A DNA stretch of 64,000 nt from Octopus vulgaris (Eukaryota), in NCBI GenBank assembly GCA_951406725.2, contig OX597815.1, positions 16,182,001-16,246,000 on the forward strand, read 5' to 3'. The notes below the pieces were generated by a model. That model was given only the letters and a program-made list of their open reading frames with translations, had not been told where the DNA came from and did not search any database. The stretch's first letter is position 1; the number at the start of each line of letters is the position of its first letter. Of the stretch, positions 1 through 15,100 are shown piece after piece. The position numbers and the translations under genes are program-made.

Positions 1-204
1 CTTCGATTTTGGTTCTGCTTTGATTTGGTTTGATTTTGGTTCTGATTTGATTTGGTTTGATTTTGATTTTCACTTGCCTCAAAATCAAACCAAATCAAAT
101 CGGATATCAGAAAGCAGAACCAAAATCGAAGTCGATCAACATCATTGATATTTATTGTAATTTGTAGAGGTGTTTATATTCCTGGATCTACTCTAAATAT
201 ACAG

Positions 205-289
205 TGCTAGAAGCTCAGATGATAGTTTGGATTCTAACAAAAATCCCCAAGGAGATTTATCAATGATTTCTGTATCAATGAATCTTGGT
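205..289 (+). CDS. SENP6/7: Probable SENP6/7 exon ([10 protein letters not shown]...SMNLG); 5' boundary uncertain
   Basis: acag acceptor at 201-204, open frame, gtaag donor at 290; phase 0 matches the next exon. Confidence 0.55.
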
Positions 290-3200
290 GTAAGATTATT
301 TTTTACCAACTGGCAAAAATTATTAACTCTTATAACATTGGATCTTATATGAATTGGAATTAAATAATATAATAATTGTGTTTTTGCACTGCCTGAAATG
401 TCCTTTGTTTCTTTATTTCAGCTTGGTAATGTGGTCAGTAGAGTAGGTGCACAGAATATGGAAGTGGATGAAGCTGATGAAAGCTCTCTTTATGGAGATC
501 CCTTAGAGCCTGCCTTTAATCCTGATCAGCTGCACTTCCAGACACGTAATTTACGGATTGGGAATGTGGATATCAGCTCTCCACGAGAAGTGCTGCTAAA
601 TTCTGACTGCATGTTATTTAAATTTACTAGTAAGTCTATATTTTTAATTTTGTATATGAAATTTGAGATATATTCTTTTACTTGTTTCAATAATTTGACT
701 GTGGCCATTTAAAAAAAAAATTTTTTTTTGTAATCTAAAGAATTTAAGTTGTAGCTTCAGAACTTCAATCTAGATGAAGTATAATTACACTGATTACGAA
801 TAATATTTTGACCAAAGGAAAATACTTTGGAAGTGTCCTGCATACTAAATACAAATATGATTATGTAAGCATTTAGCAAAATCTTTAGAAGTGTTCTGTT
901 GTGTCTGGGGAGAGTCATTTTCTTTTTGTGCCTTATAATGTAACACACCCACCAGTAAAATTTCCCTTTATTTCTTATTTTTATTTTCCTAAAATGTTCG
1001 TTGGTGTCTTGCAACCTTTTCAATAGTCTTGACTCTGTCCGTTATTTACACTGGGTTCCTTTTTGTTTGTTTGTGCGCATGTGTGTGTGTGTGTGTGTGC
1101 CTATGTATGCATGTACGTATGTATGTATGTGTTTGCATGTGTATGTGTGTATGCATATGTATATATGTATGTGTGCATCTGTATGTATGTATCCTGCATA
1201 TGAGCTTGCATGTCCGTGTTTGTGTATTTTCTATGTGTGTGTGTGTGTGTGGGCCTGTGTTTGTATATGTATGCACCTCTGTCCCCTTGTCTGTGTGTGT
1301 GTGTGTGTATGTGTTATGCAACTGTGTACCATGTTTGTATGTATGGATGTGCATCTCTATATGTGTGGATCTGTGTCTCCATATGTGTCCTTGCTTGGAG
1401 TAAAGTGTGTGTGTGTATATGGTCATGTGTTTCAGTCTCCATTTGCGTATGTGTCCTTGTCTGTTCTTATAACCTATCCGTCTGTATGTTGATCTGTTTA
1501 TTTTCATATCCATATGCTTACATACAAAAAAAAGTGTTTAAAATCTAAAAACTGAGTAAGAGAGGTAACTCTAATCGGACCATGTGTTGGAGTATCTCGG
1601 GCAACATAGTTGTGGTCTAGTATAGAGAGACAACAGAGTAATGCCATTAGTAGGAGAGGGTGAAAGGAGAGAGTGAAGTATAGTATCAGAATAAAATAGA
1701 AGACACTAAGCTAAGAGAATTTAATGTAAGTCAACGCACTTATGAACAGGAGAAAATGAATATACGAACACAGGCTCTCACACACACACACACACACACA
1801 CACATAGAAAATACATAAACATGGACATGCAAGCACATATGCAGGATACATACATACAGATGCACACATACATACATATATACATATGCATACAGGCGCA
1901 GGAGTGGCTGTGTGGTAAGTAGCTTGCTTACCAACCACATGGTTCCGGGTTCAGTCCCACTGCGTGGCACCTTGGGCAAGTGTCTTCTACTATAGCCTCG
2001 GGCCGACCAATGCCTTGTGAGTGGATTTGGTAGACGGAAACTGAAAGAAGCCCGTTGTATATATGTATATATATATATATGTTTGCGTGTCTGTGTTTGT
2101 CCCCCTAGCATTGCTTGACAACTGATGCTGGTGTGTTTATGTCCCTGTCACTTAGCGGTTCGGCAAAAGAGACCGATAGAATAAGTAATGGGCTTACAAA
2201 GAATTAGTCCCGGGGTCGAGTTGCTCGACTAAAGGCGGTGCTCCAGCATGGCCGCAGTCAAATGACTGAAACAAGTAAAAGGGTAAGTAAAAGAAAGTAA
2301 CAATTGAGAAATGAAAAGCTGAGGTAGTGTGAAGGGGTTAAATTTTAATAGAAACCCTCTAAGAACTTTTGGGACACATGCAGAAATTACCACAATTTTT
2401 TTTAATCCAAAAATATGCCAAAAAATTCTCAGAATTCTCCATGAATCTTGGATTTTTAAAAAAAAATCTTAGTCATGAAGTTATAGAATTTCAAAGTTTT
2501 AAGGTCCTCAAGTTAATTTTTTTTTTACGTTTGACGGTTTTAAGAGAGATATAGGTGGATGGACGGATAGACAAACATAGATAGGACCTACTAGTGGTGT
2601 GTGGTCTATGTATAACCTTTTTGCTAGTTATTTGGTTAACTTCTCTTAGTTTAGTAGGGTGGCGAGCTGGCAGAAACGTTAGCATGCCAGGCGAAATGCG
2701 TAGCCGTATTTCGTCTGTCGATACGTTCCGAGTTCAAATTCCACCGAGGTCGACTTTGCCTTTCATCCTTTCAGGGTCGATAAATTAAGTACCAGTTATG
2801 CACTGGGATCGATTTACTCGGCTTAATCCCTTTGTCTGTCCGTGTTTGTCCCCTTTGTGTTTAGCCCCTTGTGGGTAGTAAAGAAATATTCTTTTAGCTT
2901 AGTGTCCCCTATTTTATTCTGATACTATACTTCACTCTCCCTTTTCACCTTCCCAACCTCTCTTATTAATGGTGTTACCCTGTTGTCTCTCTAAACTAAA
3001 TTTAATTGGATCGGTGATTTTGTAATTTTTGGACAATACAGACAATGCACTTTGGAGTGGTGAAAGGAAAAGTGAGATTTCATCGACTAATTGCTTAAAT
3101 ATTTGCAATTGATTTAAAGTTTTTCAACTTAGTGTATTATTGGGTTGTCCGGAAAATTCATGCCGATTTATAGTAGCTTACCTTTCGACTTATTTTAGAA

Positions 3201-6200
3201 CTTGGTTGAGTCCATAAAATAGGATTTGACTACACCTCCATTTAGAGCACAGTTTAAACTATCTTTTGATGGAAGAAGGTTTATGTTCCTATAACCTGTG
3301 TTAATTCTGTAACCCTTTAAATTGGAAAATAAGAAAGTTCATTTTCGGCTCTTGATGCTTTTCTTTTTCCGTAAAGGCAAAAATGCCTCACAAGCAACCA
3401 AAGAAATATGTGCAGTTTACGGTGATGTTTTGTTATCTGAAAGAACTGTATGGAAGTGGTTTGCAAGGTTCCAAGCTGGAGATTGTAGCCTTATTGATAA
3501 AGAGCGATCAGGCAGACCATCCACTACAGATGATGACCAAATCAAGTCATTAATTGAGATTAACCCACATTGCACAACCCGAGAATTGGCAGAAAACTTC
3601 AACCTATCAAAATCCATCGTTCATGAGCACCTGGTAAAGCTTGGGTACCCAAATTGCTACGATATTTGGGTACTACATGAGTTGAGTGAGAAGAACCTTT
3701 TGGATCACATTTCCATCTGTGATTCGCATTATAAACGGAATGAAAATGCGCCTTTTTTAAAGCAAATTGTGACAGGTTATGAGAAATGGATTATCTACCG
3801 AAATGTTCAGAGAAAGCGATCCTGGAGTAAGTGACATGAGCCACCCTAAAAGTGGGTCTTCACCCTAAAAAAGTCTTGCTTTGTGTCTGGTGGGATTGGA
3901 AAGGAATTCTGTACTATGAGCTTCTCCCAAGTAACCAGACAATTAATTCTGAGAAATACTGTACACAACTGGACGAGTTAAAAGCAGCAATTCAAGAGAA
4001 ACGTCCAGAATTGGTCAACTGGAATGGTGTTGTTTTCCAACCTGATAATGCAAGACCACACGTTTCTTTGGGAACCAGACAAAAAATTGCTGTAGTTTGG
4101 CTGGGATGTGTTACTCCACCCTCCATATTCACCAGATATTGCTCCTTCGGATTTCCACTTATTCAGGTCTCTACAGAATAGTCTTAATGGTAAAAATTTC
4201 AATTCCTTGGATGACGTAAAAAGATACCTTTTATGAATTCTTTGCCATGAAACCACCTCAATTCTGGGAAGAGGGTATTTTCAAGTTAAAGGAAAGATGG
4301 AGATGCATTGTGCAATAAAATGGTTCATATTTGGTTGATTAAAAATGTAATGGCAAGTATTTATTGGCCTTTTTCTTTCCTTTAAAAATCGGCACGAACT
4401 TTCCAGACAGCCCTATATTTATGTGAAACCATACCATATTGTATTTAGTGTGCAGATGACTCCCCTCATGTATATGACCTCAGCATTATTATTGTTAATT
4501 TAGATGGTGATATTTAACTGGTGTCATTTGCTTTTTTAGGAGAAGATAAACCTATTGAGTTTAAAGTTTTTCCTTTGGAATTCAAGTCCTGTGAATACAA
4601 TTTTGTTTATCGGCGTCCTGTTGTTATTTTACACTTAACCCAGAGCTGTGCTGTTCGAATAGAAAGCGTACTTGGTTTAAAATTTACTAAGTTTTGTTAC
4701 GATCCTAATAGTTCTGGTAAGTCTCTTTTAAGATTTCATTTATTTACTGCTGATATAAACATTTTTCCTCTCTTGCTTACTCATAAGTTTGACATTCTAT
4801 TCCTGTTTTCTTCCCGCTGTCACTAGTGATAATAACTGTTTACATGATAATTTAAATGCCACTTTCCTGACATCTTTTTGGTGAGCTATAGGTGTCTACG
4901 ATATGAAGTTCTGTGTGTTAACAGTGTTATCTTTATATATAAAAGTGAGGTTGTGTGTCTGTCTCCTACGATTTAGATTCCTAACTACTCCCACATTTTG
5001 CGGTGCAGTTCAACCAAAACCGGGTATCTTATAGTCGTGATTCATATCGAGCCCTTCTGGGTATTAGCGTGCGTCTATGATGAGTCTACGATTTAAAAAG
5101 AATTTACCATCAATTTTCCCCATTTTTAATGCATTTTTGGCATATATAAGGGAAGTAACTCTCTAAAAATTTATTATTAAATCTCAGAACGTAAAAAGCT
5201 ACAGTAACACCCCCCCTTTGTGGTTAGCCATATTGAGATGGCTATTATACTTTACATCTCTAAAAATGCTTATATAGTTATTTCCCTTACAAACCCGAGC
5301 AACGCCGGGCGATACTGCTAGTATAAAATATTAGTGGATAGAAATATAAGAAAATATAGACTTCCAAGAAAATGTTTTTCAACCTTCATATGAATAATGT
5401 AAGCTCAGACAATTCAAGAAAATGGAGACTCTGTGGCTTAATATTCTGATGTATTAGACATAGAGCAAAGATAAACTTGATGACTAAACGTATTAATTTG
5501 TAAAATAGCACCTCCCCTATTTGACAATCTGTTGTTAGTTTTCTGGATGGTTGAGCTGAACAGGCAGCAAATAAATGATCCAGTCTCATGTAATAGGTAA
5601 TATGTGGCAGTAGTTACAAACCAAACCAATGGAGTAAGAGCTGGTGTACTACTGAGCCTCACAATGTCATCATCATCATCATCATTTAGCGTCCGCTTTC
5701 CATGCTAGCATGGGTTGGACGGTTCAACTGGGGTCTGTGAAGCCGGAAGGCTGCATCAGGCCCAGTCTGATCTGGCAGTGTTTCTACGGCTGGATGCCCT
5801 TCCTAACGCCAACCACTCCATGAGTGTAGTGGGTGCTTTTTACGTGCCACCCGCACAGGTGCCAGACGGAGCTGGCAAACGGCCACGAACGGATGGTGCT
5901 TTTACGTGCCACCGGCATGGGGGCCAGGCGAGGCTGGCAACGGACACGAACGGATGGTGCTTTTACGTGCCACCGGCGGGAAAACAGAGTATGTAGAAAT
6001 GGATATGATATACCCAGCTTAAAGCATTTTTACCATGTATAATTTGGCAAATTCTTTAGCTCTCCTAATTTACTTTGCAATCTTTTAAAAGCAGACACTA
6101 ATGCATAAAGTATAACCAGCTATCTATCTAGGAAGGAAAGTCCTGTGAGATTCCTTAGGAGAGTCTCATTATACAAAATAGTGCTTTGCTTTAAAGTATG

Positions 6201-9200
6201 CAGCATGCTAAAACTGATGTAAAGTTTATCTACTAATTGTTCACCAGGCACTACAAATATTTCCAAGAAAAATAAAACATAATTCTTCAAGTGTGACTAT
6301 TCTCTATTCTCTTGCTAGGCTTCATTCCTTTCAGTACCTAGGTTGTGATACAGGTAATAAAGCCCACCAAGAGAAGTTTATTAACATTCTGCAAAAATGC
6401 ATTCAAAACTGACATATTCTATCGTTTCTCACTGATGTAGTACTTTTAATGTACAATGCCTAGCTACCCACCTGTATAAATGAGATCTGAACAGACGTTT
6501 TGTTTTTTTCTCTGATCATAACTAGTGAAGACAGTGAAAGAGTTGAAAAACTTAATGATGATAAAAAGAGAAACTAATATGTAATAAAATGTAACAGACT
6601 GATATCTGGGTATAATACTATTGAAGCAATGTATAGTTGAATAACTGTTATATCAAAACTTGTAATAGGGACCACACACCGAAATATCTGTAAGGTGTGT
6701 TCATGTTAATTTTGATAGTCAATACTCAGTTTTTGCACCTCTTTCTTATATTTCAGATGCTACTCATCGTTACATTGTCATGCTTCTACAACCCAGCAGT
6801 AAGCTTATGATGTTGAAGAAGCCTCTAATAGAGATCTTTCAAAAATTTCAAAAGATTCAGTCACAAAATAAAAATAGTCAAGAACCAGATATCTTTAGAG
6901 CAATAACAATTGGAGAAGCGAATCAGAAGTTGGTTGAGTGCTGTCCTGATCTATCTCAACTATTACCATTGTCTTCAGTAGAAACAGAGAATCCATACCC
7001 TCCTAGCTCATTTGAAGCTGCTTTATCATTATATCCAGATGCATCTCCTCCAATTAATATGGGTTTTTCAGGACCTGTAGAAAAGTATGTATATCCGGTG
7101 CAAGTTTTTTTATTCCTCCCACTTGTGCAATGCAATTGTAAATCCTTTGACGATGATAACATTTCTAATTTTTATATGATACACATTTTTGAGGGAGGTG
7201 TATAGTGAATTTAATCAATTTCAGTACTTGATCATTGTTGATTTATTGACTGCAGAGTGATAAAAAAAAAAAAAAAAAGTAAACTTCATCACAGTTTAAA
7301 CACCTTACAAATGATGTGGTTAAATACAATATGATATTTTGTTAGGATTGTTACCAATTCTGTCATCATAATAATAATTATCATAGTTTCTAACATAGGC
7401 TTAAAGCTAATGATTTGGGAGGTCGGGACAGCCAATTACATGGTTTCATGTCAGATCACACCATTAAGGAGTTTTCAATGATCAACCCTCTAGCTACTTT
7501 TATGTGCTGCACAGTTCAATTTTCATCCCTCACATTCTTCCTTTTATACATAATGTTACTTGTGGTCACCTCTAACAATGCCTGCTCCTACACAGATGTT
7601 ACCACCCTTCATTCTCATTAAGCCATCTATAACCACACACCTGAAGTCAAACCTGTGTGGACTCCATGAACAAAGACTTTCTAAACATCTTCCTTTAAGG
7701 CCATGCTTATCACGTATCCTTCAACAGTGCAAAGACACCACTACTATACATATCAAGAAAACAATAGTGTATTGTTCTCTAAACATGAACACTATGCAAC
7801 CAGAACCCTCAAAGCTACTAAAATTCTGAAAATCTCTCCTAGTCAACACACATCTTCAACATTGCAAAAACTGCATCACAAAGACTATCCTTTCTCCACT
7901 GTTCCCAATAATTATTAACCCACTTTGATGTTCAAATAAGACCTAATGTAGAACATTGCTCCCGCATCTGTGACACTGCTGCAAATTACGCATACAGGCA
8001 CGCTATTCCACAAAAAAAAAAAATAAATAAATCGAGCCACCCAACTGATTATCAAGAAGTTGGTCATCAAGATGCTACCTTTCCCACTAATCGAACACGA
8101 GTAGAGTCTTGTTAATTTTCCAGCTTACTAGGACCTTCGTCCTTGCTAAATTAACCTTAAGGCCCTTAGATTCCAGGTTTTGCTTCCACACCTGGAATTT
8201 CTCTTCTAGCTCTGATATGGAATCTACTATGAGGACTAGATCATCAGTATGTAGTAGTTCCCAGAGGCAGCTGGTCTTGAATTCCTCTATTATGGCCTGG
8301 AGGGAACTGAGGACTGAGCCTTGATGAATCCCTACCTGTATGCCAAATTCTTTTCTGTACTCAGAGTTAACTGTCACTTTACTGACAGTAAATTGGTATT
8401 ACAAGTAATTTAGAAAATTGTAAAACGAGTGAAGTATCTTAAAAAACTTAATTCTCTCCAGACATAGTCACATGGTTCCACTTTAAAAAGTATTTTCTCA
8501 AGTTGTTGCTTCTGAAAATGGAAGCATCTACTGTTTCCAATAATGCTTACAGAACCTTATTTTTGAACACTTCATTTGAATGTGTTGTTTTCTCACTAAA
8601 ACAGCTATTTAAAAAAAAAATTTAAACAGCTGGTTGTTTGCCCTTTATCCATCATCATCATCGTTTAACGTCCGTTTTCCGCGCTAGCACGAGTTGGTTA
8701 ATAATATAATCAGATATTGGAATTGATTTAATTGAATGTTTCTTTACACCAATGCAATCTTGTGCTTTTGTTGGATATCATTGTTAGACAAAATATTTAG
8801 TTTTGCACTTTCTTGTTGAAACTTAATCATGTTTCTTTTCAGCTTCTTAGATTATTAAAATAAGCACCAGTCCTCTAATAAAATGCCCCCCCCCCCCTCA
8901 CACACACCACACCAAAGAAACATTTTTGGCTTTGTAGCTGTGTTAGAAATTATCTTTTTAACAAAATGTTACTTTTTATAACACTGTGTAATGGTTCAGA
9001 AAATTTACTGAAATAGCTTTATAATCAGACGAACTACTGATTGGTTTTGTTATTAAATTCCCTACATGAGGACAGTGACTAATCATTGATGTTTCTTGAA
9101 TGTAATAATGTGAGGCATCATCAGCGAACATTTATTAAAGATGCTGTGAAGATGAGTTTGAACCACACTAGCATAGAAAAAAATGATGTATAATAAATTT

Positions 9201-12105
9201 TTTGATGATTGAAGATATGGTTAGAAACTTCTGAAGGAGATAAGTGGTGAATTAATTAAGAAAAACAACACAAATTCTGTTCCCTAATACTTTTTTCATA
9301 CTTTATTTTAGCTTGATCACTTACCCTCCACCACCTGCAAAGGGAGGAATCACCATTACCAATGAAGACTTCTTTTGTTTGAATGAAGGAGAGTTTCTAA
9401 ATGATGTCATCATTGATTTCTTCCTCAAGTAAGATTTCCCTTTTTCACAAAATTGTTTATCTTGCAGAAAGCATTGAGATATTTCAACATTGATTGCATT
9501 GCTTGTATAATACACTTGTATTGATGCAACTATGCCAACATATGCCATGTTGTAAATTGTAGAGTAAATTTGATACTTGTATAATTGAGGATCAGCATTT
9601 TTGCTACTTCTTTTATAATTGTGTTTGAAGAGATGTTCTGGGGCCAGAAAATGAATGCTCTTAGGATTACAGAACGCCAATTTTGAAGGAATGTACTAAA
9701 CTGTTATTTTCATATTTTAATGTAAGGTATCTGGTATTGGAGAAATTATCAGAGACTGATCGAGAACGTACTCATGTGTTCAGTTCATTCTTTTACAAAC
9801 GTCTCACACAACGATTGAACAGGCATTCCTACAGCTCTGATCAGGACCCTTATTGCTCGTAAGTTTATAAGGTTTTGCTTTTGGCTCTTGTAATAGTTTT
9901 GTGTATTTGTTAATGAGAAATGTCATTTGTATTACGTATTGCTAGCTGTCTGTAATATAGATGTTACCATTTATTGTATGAGTATATCTTGTTACCTGTT
10001 TGCTCTAAGTTTACCTGGTAAACATTTTAGTTGAATGATTTTACTTTATTCTTTACTCTTATTAAAATGTTTTTATTCTGAAAGCAAGTTCACTTGCAGT
10101 ATTTGTCATTTAATCAATTAATGATTTGATAGAGATTAATTTTTGCTTTAAATGTTTCATTGATTAGGCCAATGATTAAAAGGCATGCACAAGTAAAAAC
10201 CTGGACACGACATGTTGATATCTTCCAGAAGGACTTTATTATTGTACCAATTAACGAGAAGTAAGTGCTTGTGTTTTATATATCTTCACTTAAGTCTTAT
10301 ATTTTAAACAGATATAGTTTACACATTTCATGGAGTTATTTTGTTCTACTTGTCTTTGTTTCAAAAGAGATATCTATTCTGGTTTTAGTGATGTGAAGTG
10401 TATTGTCTGTAATGTTACAGTGCTAGACTCCTATCTTTATGATCAAAAAATTCATTCCACTTTTAACATAACCACTCCTTCAAATAAAGTAGATAAAAGT
10501 ATATATGAAAACGATAAAACCCATTAAACCAATTGAAGGAATAATAAAATAAGACTAAAATAAGAGTGTGGGAAATAAGTGAAGGAGTCAAGCATTGGAT
10601 TTAAAAATGAAAGAAATAGTTTTCATTTTTAAATCCGAGGATTAAATTATATCTTTCTTGTCTTACTTGTGTGTGTCCATCTAATCTTTACTTAGCTAAA
10701 TGGTTGTTAAACCAATCAAGTGTATCAGTTTGTCATCACTTTAGTAATAGTTTCAAATTATTCACAACTAAACTATCATTTATAAAAAAGTTGAAAAGAA
10801 AACAAATCCCTAGCTAAATAATTTTCTTTTGGACTCTTTTATAAAGTAAATCTAAAATTTCCTCTCATATCTTAACTACCTTATGTGTCAGTCACAACTG
10901 ATTTTATTTTGTAATGGTCAAGTGACAAATTTGAAAGACGATACAAACCTTCCATTTAGCTTGAATTATAATTAAATTGAATTTAGTTTTTCTTTGTGTC
11001 ATTACTAATTGTTATTCTATCATGCATGCTAATCTTAAATTTGCTTTTTATTAGCGCCCATTGGTTCTTGGCCATCATTTGTTTCCCTGGAATGGAGCAT
11101 CCTCAAGCCGTCCGCTATTTATTCCTTACCAGCCAGGACAGCAGCACTTTACAGAAACTTAATGCTCATGCAGAAGGCACATCAGATGAAACTAATAAAG
11201 TAAGGATTTGAATTATAAGTTTTTAGAGGCAATTGAGGTAGATGACATATGTGTTCAAAAATAAATACAAAACTGCTTTTTAGAGATTATTCTATCAAAC
11301 ATAATGCTTATTGATTCACATTATCTCATATCTTCAATAACATTGTAGGGTAGGAGTGAGGGCCTGGATCTGGTCAGTTTGAACATAAAACAGATTAGAT
11401 ATTTTCGCCGAGTATGGCCGGTTTAAATACTGCCCACAAGATGGATTTCTGCTACAAATGCCCAATGCTTCCTAATTTTAAAAAAGGAAATAATGAAATA
11501 TGAAAGAGAAAAGGAAACATTAATGAAATTACTTTTACTAACTGCAAAAATTCAACATGTTCTCTTACAGATGTTTTGATTTTGCTCAAAAGAATTAAAT
11601 TCCAGTAATTAAAACATTTTATTGGGCAAAATCTCATCAGTCTGTTGGGATGTTTTGGAAGACCAACATGTAATAATCTAACAATGTCTTTTTCACACCT
11701 CTAATGAGATTTTGCCCCCCAAAATGTTTTAATTACTGGAATTTAATTCTTTTGGGCAAAATCAAAACAATTGTAACAGGACATGTTGGATTTTTGCAGT
11801 TAATCAATTATATTAACGCTACTTCTCCATTTTCTGGATTTTAATTTGAATATTTATAAACCAAGATTTATACTTAAACCTATTATTTTAGGAATATTGC
11901 TATTCACAACAAAATATTAGGTAACAAACCAGTAATTCATTGGATATTTTCTATCCCTCAAAGTGGTTATTTTAACCTCTATTTATATATATATATATAT
12001 CTTAGGAAAAAGGAGACAAACGCTCAAGATGTTATTAAATATCTTGAGCATTTATCTCCTTTTTCTATTTTTCTCCTAAATATTTCTTGCATGCATGCAT
12101 GCACA

Positions 12106-12139
<34 letters not shown>

Positions 12140-15100
12140 TAGTTTTTCTTCCCCAAAGTAGGAATGTAAAATTTTCTTTTCTAAGGCTGTGTAGAAAGGC
12201 CTGTAGTTTAAGTCGAACCTTACTGCCTCTTTGATTAACTTTAACCAACAGACTGATGAGATTTTGCCCAATAAAATATTTTAATTACTGGAATGTAATT
12301 CTTTTGAGCAAAATCAAAACATCTGTAAGAGAACATGTTGAATTTTTGCAGTTAGTAAAAGTTAATTTCATTAATGTTTCCTTTTCTCTTTCATATTTCA
12401 TTATTTCCTTTTTTAAAATTCGGAAGCATTGGGCATTTGTAGCAGAAATCCATCTTGTGGGCAGAATTTCTGCTAGTTTGTATTGGATTGTGTCAACCTT
12501 AAAGCATTTGTTACTACAAATTTGTTACTATTAATTTCATAGTGAAATGATTATTGTCTAAAAGGATATCCAGTTGTAAACGTAATTAGCTGCTAATCAG
12601 TTGTTCATAATTTCATGTTTTAAGCATACACCTTTGCTTACTTCAGTTTGCTTGGTGAGAAAAAAAAATCACATATACCCAGATAGTTTATTTGTTGGAT
12701 AAATTAGTTTTAAGCTGAATATGGTTTAGGCTTCCCCAATGACTTCAAAACTACATTAAACACTTACTGGATGTGAGGTCCTTCAAAGTAAAAGGTCACA
12801 CATTGGGCTCTGGAGTGGAGTGATGGTCCTTTCAGCTAATATACGCTTAATTACTGTGAAGTTCTTAATTGCTTAACCATTATGAGAATGACAAACTCTT
12901 TATAATAATGCTAAAGTGTATGTATTGTATTGGAATTAAGTAATCATTAGATCATTTGGTCTGTTGTGTTTATGGGTTACCATTATTGTGCATGTGTGTA
13001 TCATAACTAGTCTTAAATCATAATTTCATTGTTTTTTTTTCTTTTAATTTTAATTTAATATGTTAAAACTATTTCTGTTGCAGCTACCAATTAAACTCTG
13101 TGATATACGCAAAGAGTCTTATACAGAGTTGTATGGATTTAAACAGTAAGTAATGTCATTTTTACTTGCGTTGGAAACAATCTGCTTGTGTGTGTGTGTG
13201 AGAGGTAGTAGACACTAGTTTTATATACATGTTCTAGTTTTTACATGTTATGTCAAGCAATCGCTCCATCCCAATTACAAGTTCAATAGTTTCTTTTCTT
13301 GAGTTTTCTCTAACTCAGATCGTTAAACTAATTATCATAACCTTTCATATTAGTTCATTATCTTTACATTTTTACACTAATTTCATTTCTTTATTCATTT
13401 AGAATATGCTGGAGTTAAAGATTTCTAAAGATTAATCATTGTGTTTTGAACAAGGTTTATCACTTGAAGTTTCTTCAAATCAGTTGAAAATAGTTCCTAC
13501 TTGAATTTGTTTTCATAGATGTCTTTTCTAAAACTATCGCAACCATTGTCTTGTGACAGTATGCATTAACTCTTACTGAAAAAATTTCTATTTCATGGCA
13601 AATGAAAGGGTAAACTGAAGCAATATTTGATCTGCTGTTAGTATAGAAAAATTTGTACCACTCCAGAAAACTGTACAGTTAATCTTGTGTTACTAACATA
13701 AAACCAATTTTTCATTGTAGGCCATGTATTTTGATATTTGATTCTCTGGCTGGACCATCTCGAACAAATGTTGTCAAAACATTGCGAGAGTAAGTATGCC
13801 ACTTATATTACATTGTTATATAATGTTGGAGTAGCTAAGAATTCATCATCATCATCATTTAACGTCTGCCTTCCATGCTAGCATGAATTTTTTTTTAATT
13901 GAGGTAGATAGTAAGTAAATTTAGAAATTTGAATATCTAAATGACTGCCTGGGAAATATAAACTGTTTTGTTACATGGGAGATGGGTAATGAGTTGCTGT
14001 TTTTCAGTCAGACCTGTGTTCATATACATACATATTTAGACCTAGTGGGCCCTCTAGACCAGTGGTTTTCAACCAGGGTTCCGCAAGAAGTTACAAAACT
14101 GCTAAAATCGGCAGTAATTTTTAAGATATGTGTGCATAAGACTATTAAATTATTGCACAGGGGTTCCTCAAGCCAGTGGAATGTTTCCTTGGGGTTCCGC
14201 TCCAGCAAAAAGTTTGAAAAGCACTGCTCTAGACCAATAGGTTTTGGGGGGCCCTAAGATTTTGTGTAATTTTCAATTGTTTAGATGTCTAAAGTCAGTC
14301 GGTCATTGTATATGTCAGAACTAATTTACAAATCTGGTTGTCACAGGCAAAACAACGAAGACTAAAAACAATAGGAATGTACATTGTAAAAACAAATATA
14401 ATTTTGTAAATAATTTCATTTTCTTACAAATTTTTTTTTGCATACTTTCCTTCTTGGGACACAAAACTCTGCTTGCGAAGACCTGTTGAGGCAAGTGAAA
14501 TCAAAATCAATAGAAAAATCAATGGAAATTGTAGTTGTGATACCAGTGCCGGTGGCACGTAAAAGAACCATCTGAACGTGGCCGTTGCCAGCGCCGCCTC
14601 GACTGGCCTCCGTGCCAGTGGCACATAAAAAGCACCAGCCTTGCCTGGCACATAAAAAGCACCCACTACACTCACGGAGTGGTTGGCGTTAGGAAGGGCA
14701 TCCAGCTGTAGAAACATTGTCAGATCTGACTGGGCCGGATGCAGCCTCCTGGCTTCCCCGACCCCGGTCAAACCGTCCAACCCATGCTAGCATGGAAAGT
14801 GGACGTTAAACGATCATGATTACTCTATAACTGTAATAGTTGCTAGCACTTGGATTATTTCTGACATGTTGATGATGCCATATCCATTTCTTTGCATAAT
14901 GCATTGCTGTTGGTTGCCGCCTTATATCTGGAGAAAACATATGTTCAAAGTATTTTTTAAAAGGCACTATTTAAAAAAAAGAGCTAATTCAAATCAGAAT
15001 AATAAAAAGGGCCATGGTTAAAATTAATGGCTTTTTAAATGTAAAAGGGCCCAATAAATCAAAAGAAGGCTAAATCATTGAAAAACAAATTAAACAAGTA

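Noticed and set aside
1001-1548. Cys/Val- and His/Thr-rich ORFs
   Set aside because: Translations of (TG)n/(TA)n microsatellite.
5715-5996. Recurring ORF family [22 protein letters not shown]
   Set aside because: Antisense reading of the non-coding RTE terminal module, with frames broken differently in each copy.
7415-8080. C-rich island with short ORFs (similar tracts at 28560-28900 and 36130-36480)
   Set aside because: No recognisable motif or splice-consistent frame; probably decayed repeat or low-complexity DNA.
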